54,268 nt of DNA from Octopus bimaculoides. Lineage: Eukaryota. Below, piece after piece: positions 13,744 to 26,297 of this stretch. The stretch covers positions 92,273,767 to 92,328,034 of the forward strand of contig NC_068982.1 in NCBI RefSeq assembly GCF_001194135.2, read 5' to 3'. The position numbers and the translations under genes are program-made. How positions within the stretch are numbered: the first letter of the stretch is position 1; the number at the start of each line of letters is the position of its first letter. The notes below the pieces were generated by a model. That model ran no database searches. It was not told where the DNA came from and was given only the letters and a program-made list of their open reading frames with translations.

Positions 13744-14997
13744 TCATGATAGCAAACTTAAAATTTATGAAAAATATTTTGAAAATGTTGTATTTGTTTT
13801 CATATTTAACTCCCTTTTAATGCATATATGCTATAAAAAGTTTCAACCAGCAACACTATGTGTATAAATATATATACACACACACATTTATACATACTCA
13901 AGAAGTTTTTATATGTTCATCTTACATTAAAAAAATCTAGTTCGAAAATCAAAATATATTTAAAATTTCTTAGAGTATAATTTCCAAACAAATTTTAATA
14001 CTTTTGTAAATCGATTTCTTTTTAATTCATCAGCAAAAATTACTAATTGCAATTTTCGTATAAATGGGAATAAAACAAATTCAAAATTAGTTTAAAAATA
14101 GACAAATACAAAAGCATAGAAGACCTGAAACAGCATCTGTTAAGGTAATGAATTCAAATTGAAGCACATGCTCTACCACAGTACCAAGACTTCCGGTCAT
14201 GCAGTCTTAACCACGTTTCGCCGGGAACGGAAGAAAAAATTCTTTTTTCTAGACTTCCCCCCCTCATCTTCCTAAACAGAATTATTACTAATAACGAAGA
14301 CTGATCGAACATTAAACTATAATTATTTCACAAATATCACGAAACGTATGACTGCCGCCGTTTTTCTTTGCTAATTTATTTAGGAATTTAAACAAATAAA
14401 AGCGAATGAATTAAGTTATGAGGCATGGAACATAGATTGCAAATGGCGATTATCTTAGCTTCACTATAGACAGAGTAGTGTTGGTTGGAAAGCCGTTTTA
14501 AATAATGGTAATTTCAACTTAATGTTCGATTAAAACATAATTGTAACATTGAAAACATTATTTATCAGTTAAAATATTCAAAATTACATCTAACAGAATA
14601 TTAATCAAAGGAGGTCAGCGAGGGCCTCGTTTTCACTGCTTTTCTGCCATCACCCTTCTTCTTACATGCAGTAAACAATAAACTATCAATATAACTTATC
14701 TACTTCCACTAATTCAGCTAAGACTAAATAAACTGAATACAAAAAATTTCAAGAAAATAACAAAAGTCATAACAGCAAGACATATGAAAGTCAAATAGGA
14801 TCTGAAACATCTCTTCACATTTTTCTACAAGGAACAATGGCCTATGAAAGCTACATGTGCTTCTTTAACAATGTGACTAAGAGTTGCCAAGCTTGACGTT
14901 AAATAATCATGTAAAATTCTGGAAATATTTGAAAAAAGTTACACACATATTACCATTATAGTTATTATTTTTACAACTAGAACATGTTTTAACTTAC

Positions 14998-15067
14998 CAG
15001 CTTGCTCATCTGCATTTTCATGATTATTTTTCCCCTCCGCTTTGCTTACTTTGGCCGGAGTCGCCAT
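14998..15067 (-). CDS. SET: SET/TAF-I beta coding exon 1 (MATPAKVSKAEGKNNHENADEQA + 1 nt)
   Basis: ATG at 15067-15065. N-terminus resembles vertebrate TAF-I beta (MSAPAAKVSKK). Donor G|GTAAGT, 70 nt, phase 1, matching exon 2. Confidence 0.9.
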
Positions 15068-15850
15068 GATCACACGAGTACTGCTGAGAAAGATCTGCGC
15101 TTGCGTAGCTTAGTCAAGCCAACCGTTGCGCGCCAAGGCAAAACTAATCGCAGCAACAAAACTTACCTTAGTTTGAAAATTTTTTTTTACATTTATTTAA
15201 AATTACTGCATATTTTAATGATATTATGTTTAAAAATAACTTTTTCTCGCCCGTTTTATTAAAAATATTTCATAAATTAAAAAAAAAATAAGCATTATGA
15301 GAATTCTAGAAATTATCGCTTGATTTAGTCTTTCACTACACTCTAAATATAAAATTTTTACGAAACGAAAATGAATTACTACACACAATGAAATAAAATT
15401 TTGCTTTTCTTTTCTCTGTCTATTCAAATTTAAATCTCCTTCCTAGTTAGAAAATTTTTAATTAAGATACACTAAACATGTCTTTATTTACGACCTTAAT
15501 TACAAACTACCTTTTTTTTTATTTCCTGAAAATTCTTTTGTCTGGTGTTCCCGATATATGCATATGTATTCATATATATAGAGGCTTAAACCGGTCTCTT
15601 GTCCATCGGCACTCACACACACCCCGTCCCTTTTCGGCATTTTTAATAATTTCTTTGCAGTCTATATTTATTACTGTTGAACGTAACAAATATTCTTTTA
15701 GATTGCGAAATATTTACAAATTTATTCATCACAAAAAAAATAAAAACCGCTGATCTCAAATTCTATATTGTTATTGACAACTCAATTTCCCGCCATTTTC
15801 ATCCTGACGCTTTATACTTACATTTACAATGTATTGTTCCTGGAAATCAA
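15068..15850 (-). promoter_or_regulatory. SET 5' UTR/promoter region with possible short 5' UTR intron (15166..15084)
   Basis: CpG-containing unique DNA. Consensus donor AAG|GTAAGT at 15166 and tandem acceptor CTCAG/CAG at 15084/15081. YY1-like CGCCATTTT at 15791-15799. Confidence 0.5.
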
Positions 15851-16282
15851 CTAGGATTGCCAGATTTTAAATAAAGATATTTAAGTTTTAGATTATACAT
15901 TCCAGTTTAAATAAATTTTTATTCAACAATAATTCATTTATGATAAAGAAGCAGTAGTTATTCAAAAACTACTTTTGTAAAAAATATTTTCCCCAAAAAA
16001 AGTCGAAGTAGATTATAGTGAACGTCACTTAGCAATTTATATATTTAATAACTATAGTGAATTAATGTGAAAAAGGTGTAGTTAGGTACTTAATAGGAAA
16101 ACGCGCTGCAACATACACTTGTGCATTCACACACACATTTTAATAGCCTAAGCTGAATTAAACTTATATTTTTTTTACAAATAATTTTTTTATATTTGAA
16201 GGAATGAATTCCACCTAAAATACTGTAAATTACATATTACGCGCTTAGAAGTAGTATGCTCCGGCCTCCCCCATTATTATTA

Positions 16283-16317
<35 letters not shown>

Positions 16318-16879
16318 CATTTAGAAATTATATACACATGTATTTATCTGTGTGCGTGTGCTGTATTGTGTTTATAATTATAGAATTTGTGTTTTATATA
16401 TTATTTCCTGTTTGATTATTATAACTTAAGATTTTATACAGTTTATTCATAATTTACGAGTCATTTAAACTGAAATGAAAGCATGTATAAGTCAAACGAA
16501 CATAGTTAACTCTATAACTGATGTTCACCAACAATACTTACAATTATGTAAGAACTGTTTGCTTTTGTATTGTTAACTATCGAAGTTTATTATTTGAAAA
16601 TTTGGCTTAAGATGAAAATAGGATTATACTTGATAGACTTTACAATAAATTTAGCAGTACATTAGTTTTATTCTTCATTTATTACGAATAAAAAAAAAGG
16701 ATTTCTTTTAACAAGAGACAGGGCCAATTCCCTAGCGGAAAAGTATATATCAATTAAATCCGCTTCATAACATCATTCTCATAATATAACTGTTTTTATC
16801 GACCCGGAAAGATCGGGGATAATTCGGCAACGGTGGGATTTGAACACAGAATCAAACCATCGATAACTAATAAGGAAAT

Positions 16880-17424
16880 TTTTGTATAAGAATAACGGTT
16901 TCTTTATTAATCACAAGAGTCAATATCGCTTCACTTAAAAACGTGTAATATTCACATCAGTAGCTGAATGCTTTATTAGTAACTGATAGTGACAGTTATA
17001 AAATGCAGTATGATCAGATCCGTAGAGCTAAACAGAAGCTTTAAAATGTTTAATCGCTGCTTATGTGTGTACACACACTCGCACAAACATATATGCAAAC
17101 ATAGGCATTGTGTATATCTCTACATGCATGTATTTGTGTATCTATGTGTATGTGAGTATCTATATATGCGTGTATGTATCTATATATGTATGTGAATATG
17201 TGCATGGAAATGACACATGAAACAGTATGAAAGAAACATCCACAATAATATAATAAATGGATGTAAATGTTTGGTTGAGTGGATGCGCCGTCTATCTCAC
17301 GCGCGCACACATACACAATATCTATTTCGAATTCTGTTCACTTTCGCTTTAGCTCACTTAATCTTTCACGTATTATTTCAATACCGCCAAGCTATTACTA
17401 CTCACACAGAAATATATGCACATA

Positions 17425-17522
<98 letters not shown>

Positions 17523-19261
17523 AACACACACACAAAGACAAGTATTTGTGTGTTTGTTCATACATTTTTGTGCGTGTTATTGTGTTCTTTTCTGTTCTCA
17601 ATTCTGATTCTTCCATCTTTCGCTCAATGTGGCCTTTAACACTTTTGGATTAGATCACTCTAAATAACATCTTTTAGACATTTGTGTATTAATTTTTCTG
17701 ATTGGTTTTCAGTGACGATATAATTTTGACATAGGGCCTATCATTAACTATACATTGAATAATAAATATACTGGTAATTGTATCCATTTACGAGGTTCTG
17801 CTGTAAAACATATTTCTAAACAAAGAAAAAAATAAACTATTTTGTATTAACTGTACAATATACATGACATAAGTATACAACTATAAGCAATGAATATATT
17901 TGTAAACTGATAAATTGAGAAAACTTGCAACTTATTTTAAATACGTGGTTTAATTATTTCATCACTTAAAATGTTTATTCATTCTTTTTTTTCTTTTTTT
18001 CTTACGTGCTAACTACCATTTGCCAACTGCAAATGCAAATATATGATTCCTTGATCTCTCTTCCAAGCAACCTTCTGACTATCCGACAGCATATTCATCA
18101 ATCAATCTTACGCTATACTCGCGACCGTTGTTGAACAAATCTGGTTTTCAGCTAAAAGGAAAACAATCATTGAATAAGTTATTTAATTGTTTCTTGCAGT
18201 TTGTCCTATTCTTTCTTAGAGAATTACCCACAATAATTATTTCCATAATTACAATACGCATGTCGTCTGTATGTGCATTGTTGTTTTCACGATTCTGAAG
18301 TCATGTAAACTGAGAAAGTTTCTTTCCCAAACATCAAACATAGTTGAGCTGACAGCCTACCATTTACTGTAGAGCGATTATTTTTTCTCATAAATTGGTA
18401 CACAATATCCCTCCTTTAAAATTATTCATATTCATTCGTTTGTAAGCAGATAGTACCTGGAAATTGATTATTAGTGTCGATAGAGCTCACCAATTTTCAC
18501 GTTGAACTTTCAACAATTTCGATAAATTTTCTTCAGGCGCTGGCCATTACATAATGCCAAATCGTTTCGATCGTTTGGCTTTTGGTAATTCAGAACAAAT
18601 ATTTTGTTCTTCTTTCTCCATTGTCTTGTAGAGTTTCCCATCCCTTTTAAATGCACGATCAACTTCTCGATTAAGTTCTTCGGTACATTTCCCGGTTTCC
18701 AGTTTAAATCTTGTTGCGTAGTAACTCTTACGCGATTTATCAATCATACGACCATGATGGAATTACCGAGAAACCCCGGTAATAGCCCTTGAAAATAATT
18801 TACTAATTTCGAAATCATTATCACTTATAGAAATCCTTCATAAAATGCAATTTGTAGACAACTGTATATACCAAGAAGGTATTATAGGAAGTTTATTTCT
18901 ATTTGATGAATTACAAAATAATACAAGAGAAACCGCGGGTCATTTATTTAACTTGAAGTTTAATTATTAATTTCCAGCCTCTTAGCTTTCCTTTCCGACT
19001 AACGACATATTTATGGCAGTAGAATTATCATCCTTACTGAGGAATATTGATAAGTCCTTCAACCACTTACTACGCAAAGACATCATCTTATTCACAGAAA
19101 TCTGCAGAGGATCAAGCGTACACTATTAATATCCATCAGCGTCTGGTGAACACCATGGAACACTAGAAACGCCCATAGCAAGTCCAGGTCGAAACCCAAT
19201 CTCTGTTCGAGATTGCTGCAAATTCATTTCACTTCTGACGCTTTGCCCTTTTATCCCGGCC
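16880..19261 (-). ncRNA. Putative spliced lncRNA/small-ORF transcript upstream of SET (exons 19261-19071, 18787-18491, 18151-18006, terminal about 17027-16880)
   Basis: Three consecutive blocks bounded by polypyrimidine-AG acceptors and GTAAGT/GTGAGC/GTAAGA donors, all on the minus strand. Terminal block has AATAAA at 16972-16977 and 16903-16908. No long ORF. Confidence 0.45.
17416..17532. repeat. (TA)n/(TG)n/(CA)n compound microsatellite
   Basis: Directly visible. Confidence 0.95.
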
Positions 19262-20454
19262 CTGGAAGAAATCGATATAACATTTAATAGTGTTATTATC
19301 TATCAATGTCTAACAGTTAGCAAAGAATGACATACAATGCCCGTATGTGCGTCTGTATATATATATCTATATATATATATATCTTATATACACAGGTATG
19401 TTGATGCAAACAGGAAAAGTACCAACGCATGAAACTCTCAGACCTTGACTTACTCTGTTACTTCTGCTATATATTAATACACACACACACACACATATAT
19501 CTATATATATATAAAACAAATAATAAATGAGTATATGCATATATACGTACAGGTATGTGCATACCTACGTCTACCTGTATATATAGGTGCATATCTGGGT
19601 ACAGGACATTGCAAACAAAACGTAGACAAGAAAATAATAATAACCAGAGTACAGAAAACACACAAGCCACATAGAGAACATTTTCCTTCATCAGCTACCC
19701 CCATTTTAACACCGGTGTTTCCCTAAAAATGGGGAAGGCTGGTTTATGGGATTACCTTAGGTTTCCAGTCCATAAACGATGGGAAACCGGCCTTCCCATT
19801 TTTAATATATACTGCTCTACATCTGAGAGAGTGTGTCTTTGTTCAGATTTATGTTTTCTACAAACAATACACACACACACACACACACGAGTGAGTGAAC
19901 AAATGAAAGAAGAACACTTAACACATTTATTGGGAATTACATGTATGGATCAAAACAGTTTGATTCAGATTCCAGGATACTTAAAGTTTCAAAGTATAAG
20001 ATGCTTATCCTCAGCCATCGGGAATTTATATTATAAGATTTCTTATTCAAATTTCCAATGGCTGTGGATAATAAGCATCTTATTATGCTTTGAAATTTAA
20101 GTACCATGAAATTTGAATCAAACTGTTTTGATCATTACATATATATGTAAATAGGGTTAAGATCAAAGCTATATCCTCTTGAAGCACATCTTGTCCCAAC
20201 ACTCCAAAGTCATATGTAGATGCAGTGTTTGTGTGAGGTATGCATAAGAGATGAAAATTCCGGAAAATATTTTTTGCTGAGTAATTTCACAAGATTTTAT
20301 AATTGTAATATTAGAACTGCTGAATTTTAGTTGCTGTTGTTTCTGAAAAGATTTATGGTCAAATATATTTCAGCCATGACTATTCTCACTTCCAGATATT
20401 TCATATATAGGACTACCAATACACAATGTGTTACTCCGTTTTTTTAATGGTACA

Positions 20455-21720
20455 GAGTATTTTGTACAAGATTGGGCTACTAATTATAGCATATTAAGTG
20501 ACTGCATTGAAACTCCTGCATTGGGTTTTGGCTTTTAGTTGTTGCGGACAAAGTGGAGGTGCACAATTAGAGTACTGGGTTTTTACTCTCAGCCTTAGAA
20601 TCAATAAATAAATCTATGAAGAGAATCACCAGTCTTTATTGATTGTTGACACTAAATTGATTCTTTCCAATATCAATATAGATATTACTTTTTTACATAG
20701 GCACAGAGCTTCAAATTTATAAGGAAAGAGATATAAAATTTCTCAAATCCATTAGCAATATAAATAAAATGAAATGGCTACTGTCAAAAATTCAAACTGA
20801 AATGTGGATTCTATGGTGATTGCCAAGACCTATAAAATTGTTTTTAAATCTCTCAATAGCAAAATTCGCCTGTTTAATCATCTATAATTTCCACTCAAAA
20901 CATTGTAACAAACAGCTCAATTCAAATAAACTTAATTTCTGTAACTTATTTAGCAGCAACGTTTGGTTGTGTGGGGTATAGAGCACTGAGAAGCTAAGGA
21001 ATCTTTTCCCCCAGTTTAAAGCTGACCAGAGGCTACAAGCAACGGTTTCCATCCCATCATTTTGTGGCACTGGAGAAGAGATGGAGTCTGGAGAAAAAGA
21101 GGAAACACACTAGTCCAAACTAAAGGCAAGTAGGAGATTGGTCAAAATCCATACATTATTCAATATGTCTCTTCCTTTTCAAGATTGTAGGGTGTATTTT
21201 GAACAAGATTTGGTTACTATTTATAGCACATTCAGCAACCATATATAGACTCCTGCATTGGGTTGTGTGAATTTTCCTGATGAAGTGAAGGAGCCCAGTG
21301 AGAGTAGTGAGTTTTAATTTTCTGGTTTAATGTCACTGAATAACAAATGTATGAAGAGAGAACCTCCATCCTTTATGGACTGTTGAAACAAAATTGATTC
21401 TTGTCAATATCAATATATATATTGCTTTTTTATACAAGCACAAAGACTCAAACTATTGGAAAAAGAGATAAGATTTCTCAAATCCATTAGCATTGTAAAT
21501 AAAATGAAATAAAATGGCTACTGTCAAAAATTTAAACAGGGACATGAGTTCTATGATGCTTACCAATTATTGTTTAGTTTTAAATCTCTCAGTAGCAAAA
21601 GAAATCCTTCTATTCAGTCATCAATAAGCTCCACTGAAAACATTACAAAAAAACAGCTTATTTCAAATAAACTTCATATATGAATTGACTTTGTTTCTGT
21701 ATTAGATAACTTATTTAGTT
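20455..21720. repeat. Old diverged tandem duplication, two units of about 500 bp (about 20455-20945 and 21195-21720)
   Basis: Colinear shared blocks: ACTCCTGCATTGGG, AAATTGATTCTT..CAATATCAATAT, TTTCTCAAATCCATTAGCA, TGGCTACTGTCAAAAATT and TAAATCTCTCA.TAGCAAAA. Confidence 0.75.
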
Positions 21721-22424
21721 ATTAACATACCGTCTAACCAAAAGTATGGTTTTTTTTTAGTCATTGTTCTTCTTGAAGGCAATTATTTGAAAGATTATCT
21801 AACCTGACTCAATCAAGTGATGTTATTATTTCTGAGTAAGCTTGATACATTTGATCAAACCAATGGCGCATCTTCACATGCTTAGGAGCAACAACCTGGA
21901 TCAACAAATATAAGATGCCTCGTTCACTGGTTACAATGATTGCATTTAATGAGCAGCCTAGACTGTCTTTAATGAAAATAATACCGTCATAATAAATTTA
22001 GATAAAACATTTGATTCCTGTTTTAAAGAAAATTTAAGGAAATTCAGTGATTGTTGTGTTTAACTTTAGGCTAACCTGATTGATCAGATCTAGGATCAAA
22101 AGACTTTCCAGCTATGACTGTGCCATCTTTTTCTCAGTACTATATTATCCAATGTATTCTTTCTTTCTGATGACAGTTGGATATAATTTGAGGCAGATTA
22201 GACTGTTGTGTCTAGCAGGTTGGGCAGTTACAGAGAACCCCCTTCAATCACTTGATTTGGAAGTTATACTGAGCAGGTTGAGCAACTATATACCCGCAAT
22301 GACACAATCAATCAGTAATATGATATAAATATTATACAAATGATTGACAATGGAGCAAAAAGGTTCCATAAATTAATGATATAGGGTAATTATGGTAAGG
22401 TGGATGAAAGAAATCTATTGGAAA

Positions 22425-22640
22425 AGTAGGATTACACTTTTCTAATTTTAGCACAAGGCCAGCAATATTGAGTAAAGCGAGGAAGTCAGTTACATTGATC
22501 CAAATGTTCAACTGGGTCTTCTTTTATCAAACTTTAAAAAATGTGAAAAGTAAAGTCAACCATTTGATTTCAGAATGTAAAGAGCCAGAAGAAATGCTGC
22601 AAAGCATTTTGTCTGGTGCAGTAACCTGCCTTTACAACTG
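22425..22640 (-). mobile_element. Meta-domain-type tRNA SINE (decayed)
   Basis: Same family as 23370-23590, 34620-34850 and 42973-43190. Confidence 0.6.
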
Positions 22641-23369
22641 AAAATAGTGAAACCTAGAGATGAAGTGACACTAGACTGTAATTCACAGAGAAAAGTTTTG
22701 TTATAGTTTTAGCAAATTCAGCATAAAATAGAAACAAAACAGTCAATAAGGATAATGATAATGATGGTAATTAATCATTAGCTTAAGTAGTGATTAACAC
22801 TTGCCAAACTATTAAAATAACAGCATTTTTAACAACACTTGAAGTCTGTTGAATAAGTGAGTCACTATGAACTTGCTCAACTTGCTAGAAACAACAGCCA
22901 AATCTTCCTCATATCCTACTGTCTTAAAATTATATTATACAATGTCATTGATATACAAAATAGATGGAAAGGTCATGGCCAGAATGCTATGATCATAGAT
23001 CTGCTCAATCAGAGTTGACCTAGAGTTAACAACATCAACACCTGATGATTATTGTTTTATTCACAATACTCAATGTAGACGATTTCTCATTGAATTTGAA
23101 TCACTTGGACTGTGATTGTGACTAAGAATACCATTTGGGCTTGGGTATCAAAGGTTGGTTGAAAAAGTACCATGGCTTAATGGTGGTAGTTACCCGTGGC
23201 AATGGTAGATTAGGGGAGGAGGCCTGAGAAAATATAGCAATATTAGAATAAAAAACAATTGGGACTCATAGACATGCTGCCACAGAATTAAGACAAATGG
23301 TGATATACTGAAAGCCTTTCAACTAACATCATGGCTAATACATACAAAGTACTTGTAGTGACAATCATA

Positions 23370-23590
23370 ATGGTTTCAAATTTTGGCACAAGGCCATTAA
23401 TTTTAAGGGAATGAGTAAGTCGATTACATTGATCCTCAGTGTTCAAATGGTAGTTATTTTATTGATCCTGAAAGAATGAAAGGCAAAGTCAGCCTCAGTG
23501 GGATTTGAACACAGAACATAAAGTGCCAAAACAAATGATGCAAAGCATTTTGTCCAACACGCTAGAAATTCTGCCAGCTCATCACCTTGA
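23370..23590 (-). mobile_element. Meta-domain-type tRNA SINE
   Basis: Minus strand contains GCTGACTTTGCCTTTCATTCTTTCAGGATCAATAAAATAACTACC, resembling the MetaSINE central domain. Confidence 0.65.
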
Positions 23591-26256
23591 TAGTGGTGAT
23601 GATGAGGATGAGGAAATGATGACTACACATTGGTGGGTAGTTAGAGCTTACTGGAGATAAACTAACTGAACAGAATATAATACAGGAATGATAAATAAAA
23701 TTAAACATCCTTGGTGTTATCAGTTCAATTGAAATATATAATTTAAATTCGATTTCAAGTTACGACCATTCTTTCTATATTAGGTTTATTGACCTAAAGA
23801 TTAAGATGTATCCTCTAGGATTCACAGGTACACAAAATAGTAGGAATTACTGGAAGGAAGAGAAATTTAGCTGCTGTGTTATCTGTAATTAGACATATTA
23901 TTCTACTTATATAATACTATGTGCATTTGTCTGTGGTTGCAATGTCTTGTTGACAGTCACACAACAATGAGATAGAAGAAAAACCTGCTGTAAACCAGGC
24001 AAGCTGAGACATGTGATATGCTGAGGGACAAAACACACAATATCTGTAGTAATGTTTGAAGCCTTGACAACATGATTAATATACCAGCATCTTAACTTCA
24101 GTCATAATGCCTCTTTTGAATTCTTATATTTTTATGAGAAACACAAAGACCAGACAACATATTAATTGTGAGTCAAAGGCTGTCGGAATTATTTCCAACA
24201 TTGCTTGCTGCAATACATTTCATCAGGTATTTATCCATTTCTCTCATAAGGAATATGAATATCTATAGGATCTCAGCCTTGAATAACACCAAACCATATA
24301 TCAGGATTAACAGAAGAGACAGAAACAAATCTTTCTTTTGAAATTTTAAAAGCAACCAAGCAACAAAAAAAAAAGCACACACACCCCTCAATAATCTACA
24401 TTCTTGAATCTATTGGATAAATAAATGAATTAAACTTTAATTTATTTTTTATGTGTCTTCCAGAGAGTATCAGACTTCTAATTACATCACTTTTGATTTA
24501 TACCTTGTCATTACTGATGCTGTACTGAATCTTTGGTCAAGACATTCAAATGACCCAGTTCACTTATCTGTAAATAGGTACCATCAGTGATGTAATTTGG
24601 TAAACAGTATGAGCCTTATATTAAAGGGTTGTATTAGCTTGCAATGCTGTGTTTATTATTTTTATAGGGAAGTGCTTCACCAGATAGTGTAAAAAGTGAA
24701 TAAGGTTTTCGAAGGGATCCCTTTCATTCAAAGGTTACCAAGTTAAAAAGCTCACTTTTATTTATAGTATTTTAAAGCAGGTCTAGTTTAATTTGCAACT
24801 TTATCTCATTTGCTTTGATCTGTTGAATTAATCCTCAGCTCATCTATATATGTTTAATATATTTATGGAATTAATCACTAATATGATCTATCCACATTGC
24901 TTTGATATATGTATCTATTCCAGCATGGCTGCTGTGTAACCCATTAGGATTTTTTTATCTATGAAATATAAATATAAATCTTTATATAACCCTTTTTATG
25001 TTGCAGGATCACCATAAAATAATTCATTATCATATAATATCAAGAATAAGATGGCCTATTGCGAAATTATTACCTTCCTTGGAAACAGGTAAGGGTTGGT
25101 GACAGGAAAGGCGTCCAGCCATAGAAAATCTACCTCAACAAACTCTGTTTGATTCATGCAAGCATAGGAAAGTGGGAGTTAAATGATGCTGATGTTTTAA
25201 AACTTGATTACAATGAAAAATAGCTGATACAAAAAGCAACTGAAGTGAAATGATTAAAATGAGGACCAAATTTAGTTTGGAAATTCAGTTTACAAGAAGC
25301 TACTCTGAAGCAAAACTATCTACATACATCATTTAAAATTTGTTATGCACAGATGGAAGATGGAATAAAACATAACTCTATGACCCAGTTTTGAATCCCT
25401 CTTGCAATTATTTCAGTTGCTTAATTATGAGTATTATATTTTGACAGAGTACAATTTTACACATATATATAAGAAAATAATATATACCTAATTTAAAATC
25501 TATTCCTTGTAAATCAGTGAAAAATGCTATGAAATCACACAGTAGCAAGAAACTCTGGAGAGAGTTGAACAGAAGGTCTTTAGAGAAGTATTCTCTACCC
25601 AACCCCATTTCACTCTCCTGCAAGTGTTTTGGCTTTTAACTCCTTATACTCTAAGGGTACTGGATCTTATGCAGGTTATGACTCCTAAATACCCCTCTGC
25701 TTTCACATTTTATGCTACTGTTTGCATTCCAGCCTATATCTTCCTTGATGGTCAGGGTGACTCAGAGCAAAGTTACCTTGGATGGCATAAGCATCTAGGT
25801 CTGAGATGCCACTTGAATATTGAGTAAATTATTCCTTCCAAAGTTCACTGTCATTCCTCCTTGACCAGATCCAGTTGGAACTCTTCTCAGCTGCTTCTGG
25901 AATTGCCCTAAGAGAGCTCTGGTTCTCTGTTTCCCAGAAATTGAGAGATATTTAATAAGATTATAGGAGATTTTTGCTTACAAACTCCCTTGCTCTCACT
26001 TTGGCTTAGAAGCCCGATTCTCTCAGTTTGCTGACTAAATTACCATATTTCTCAGTCTTTTAGATGTTCACTTCCTCTATTCTGATTTCATATAGCACAG
26101 TGAGTTCAAACAGAATCACTTGCTTTGATGTTTGATGAGAGTGAGCAGAGTACACTACCCAGTCTCATACTATTTTATTATACAGATGCATGTCTGTAAG
26201 AATATACATATATGGACACATTAAACATACACAATATCTATCTATCTATCTATCTA

Positions 26257-26297
<41 letters not shown>

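Noticed and set aside
17217-17653. ORFs rich in YIYIYI/HTHT
   Set aside because: Translations of dinucleotide microsatellites. Likewise 3029-3651, 31337-31580 and 42155-42737.
19228-19261. GRDKRAKRQK-TGA as a selenocysteine read-through
   Set aside because: No selenoprotein similarity, and no SECIS could be built with confidence.
24185-24230. CTGATGA...GAAA on the minus strand as a further hammerhead
   Set aside because: No G10.1-C11.1 pair and no convincing stem I or III. CTGATGA at about 7071, 7269, 21277 and 2820(-) also lacks the partner motif.
21770-25010. Plus-strand exons suggested by isolated AG/GT sites
   Set aside because: No consistent reading frame or chain of strong sites; expected by chance in AT-rich DNA.
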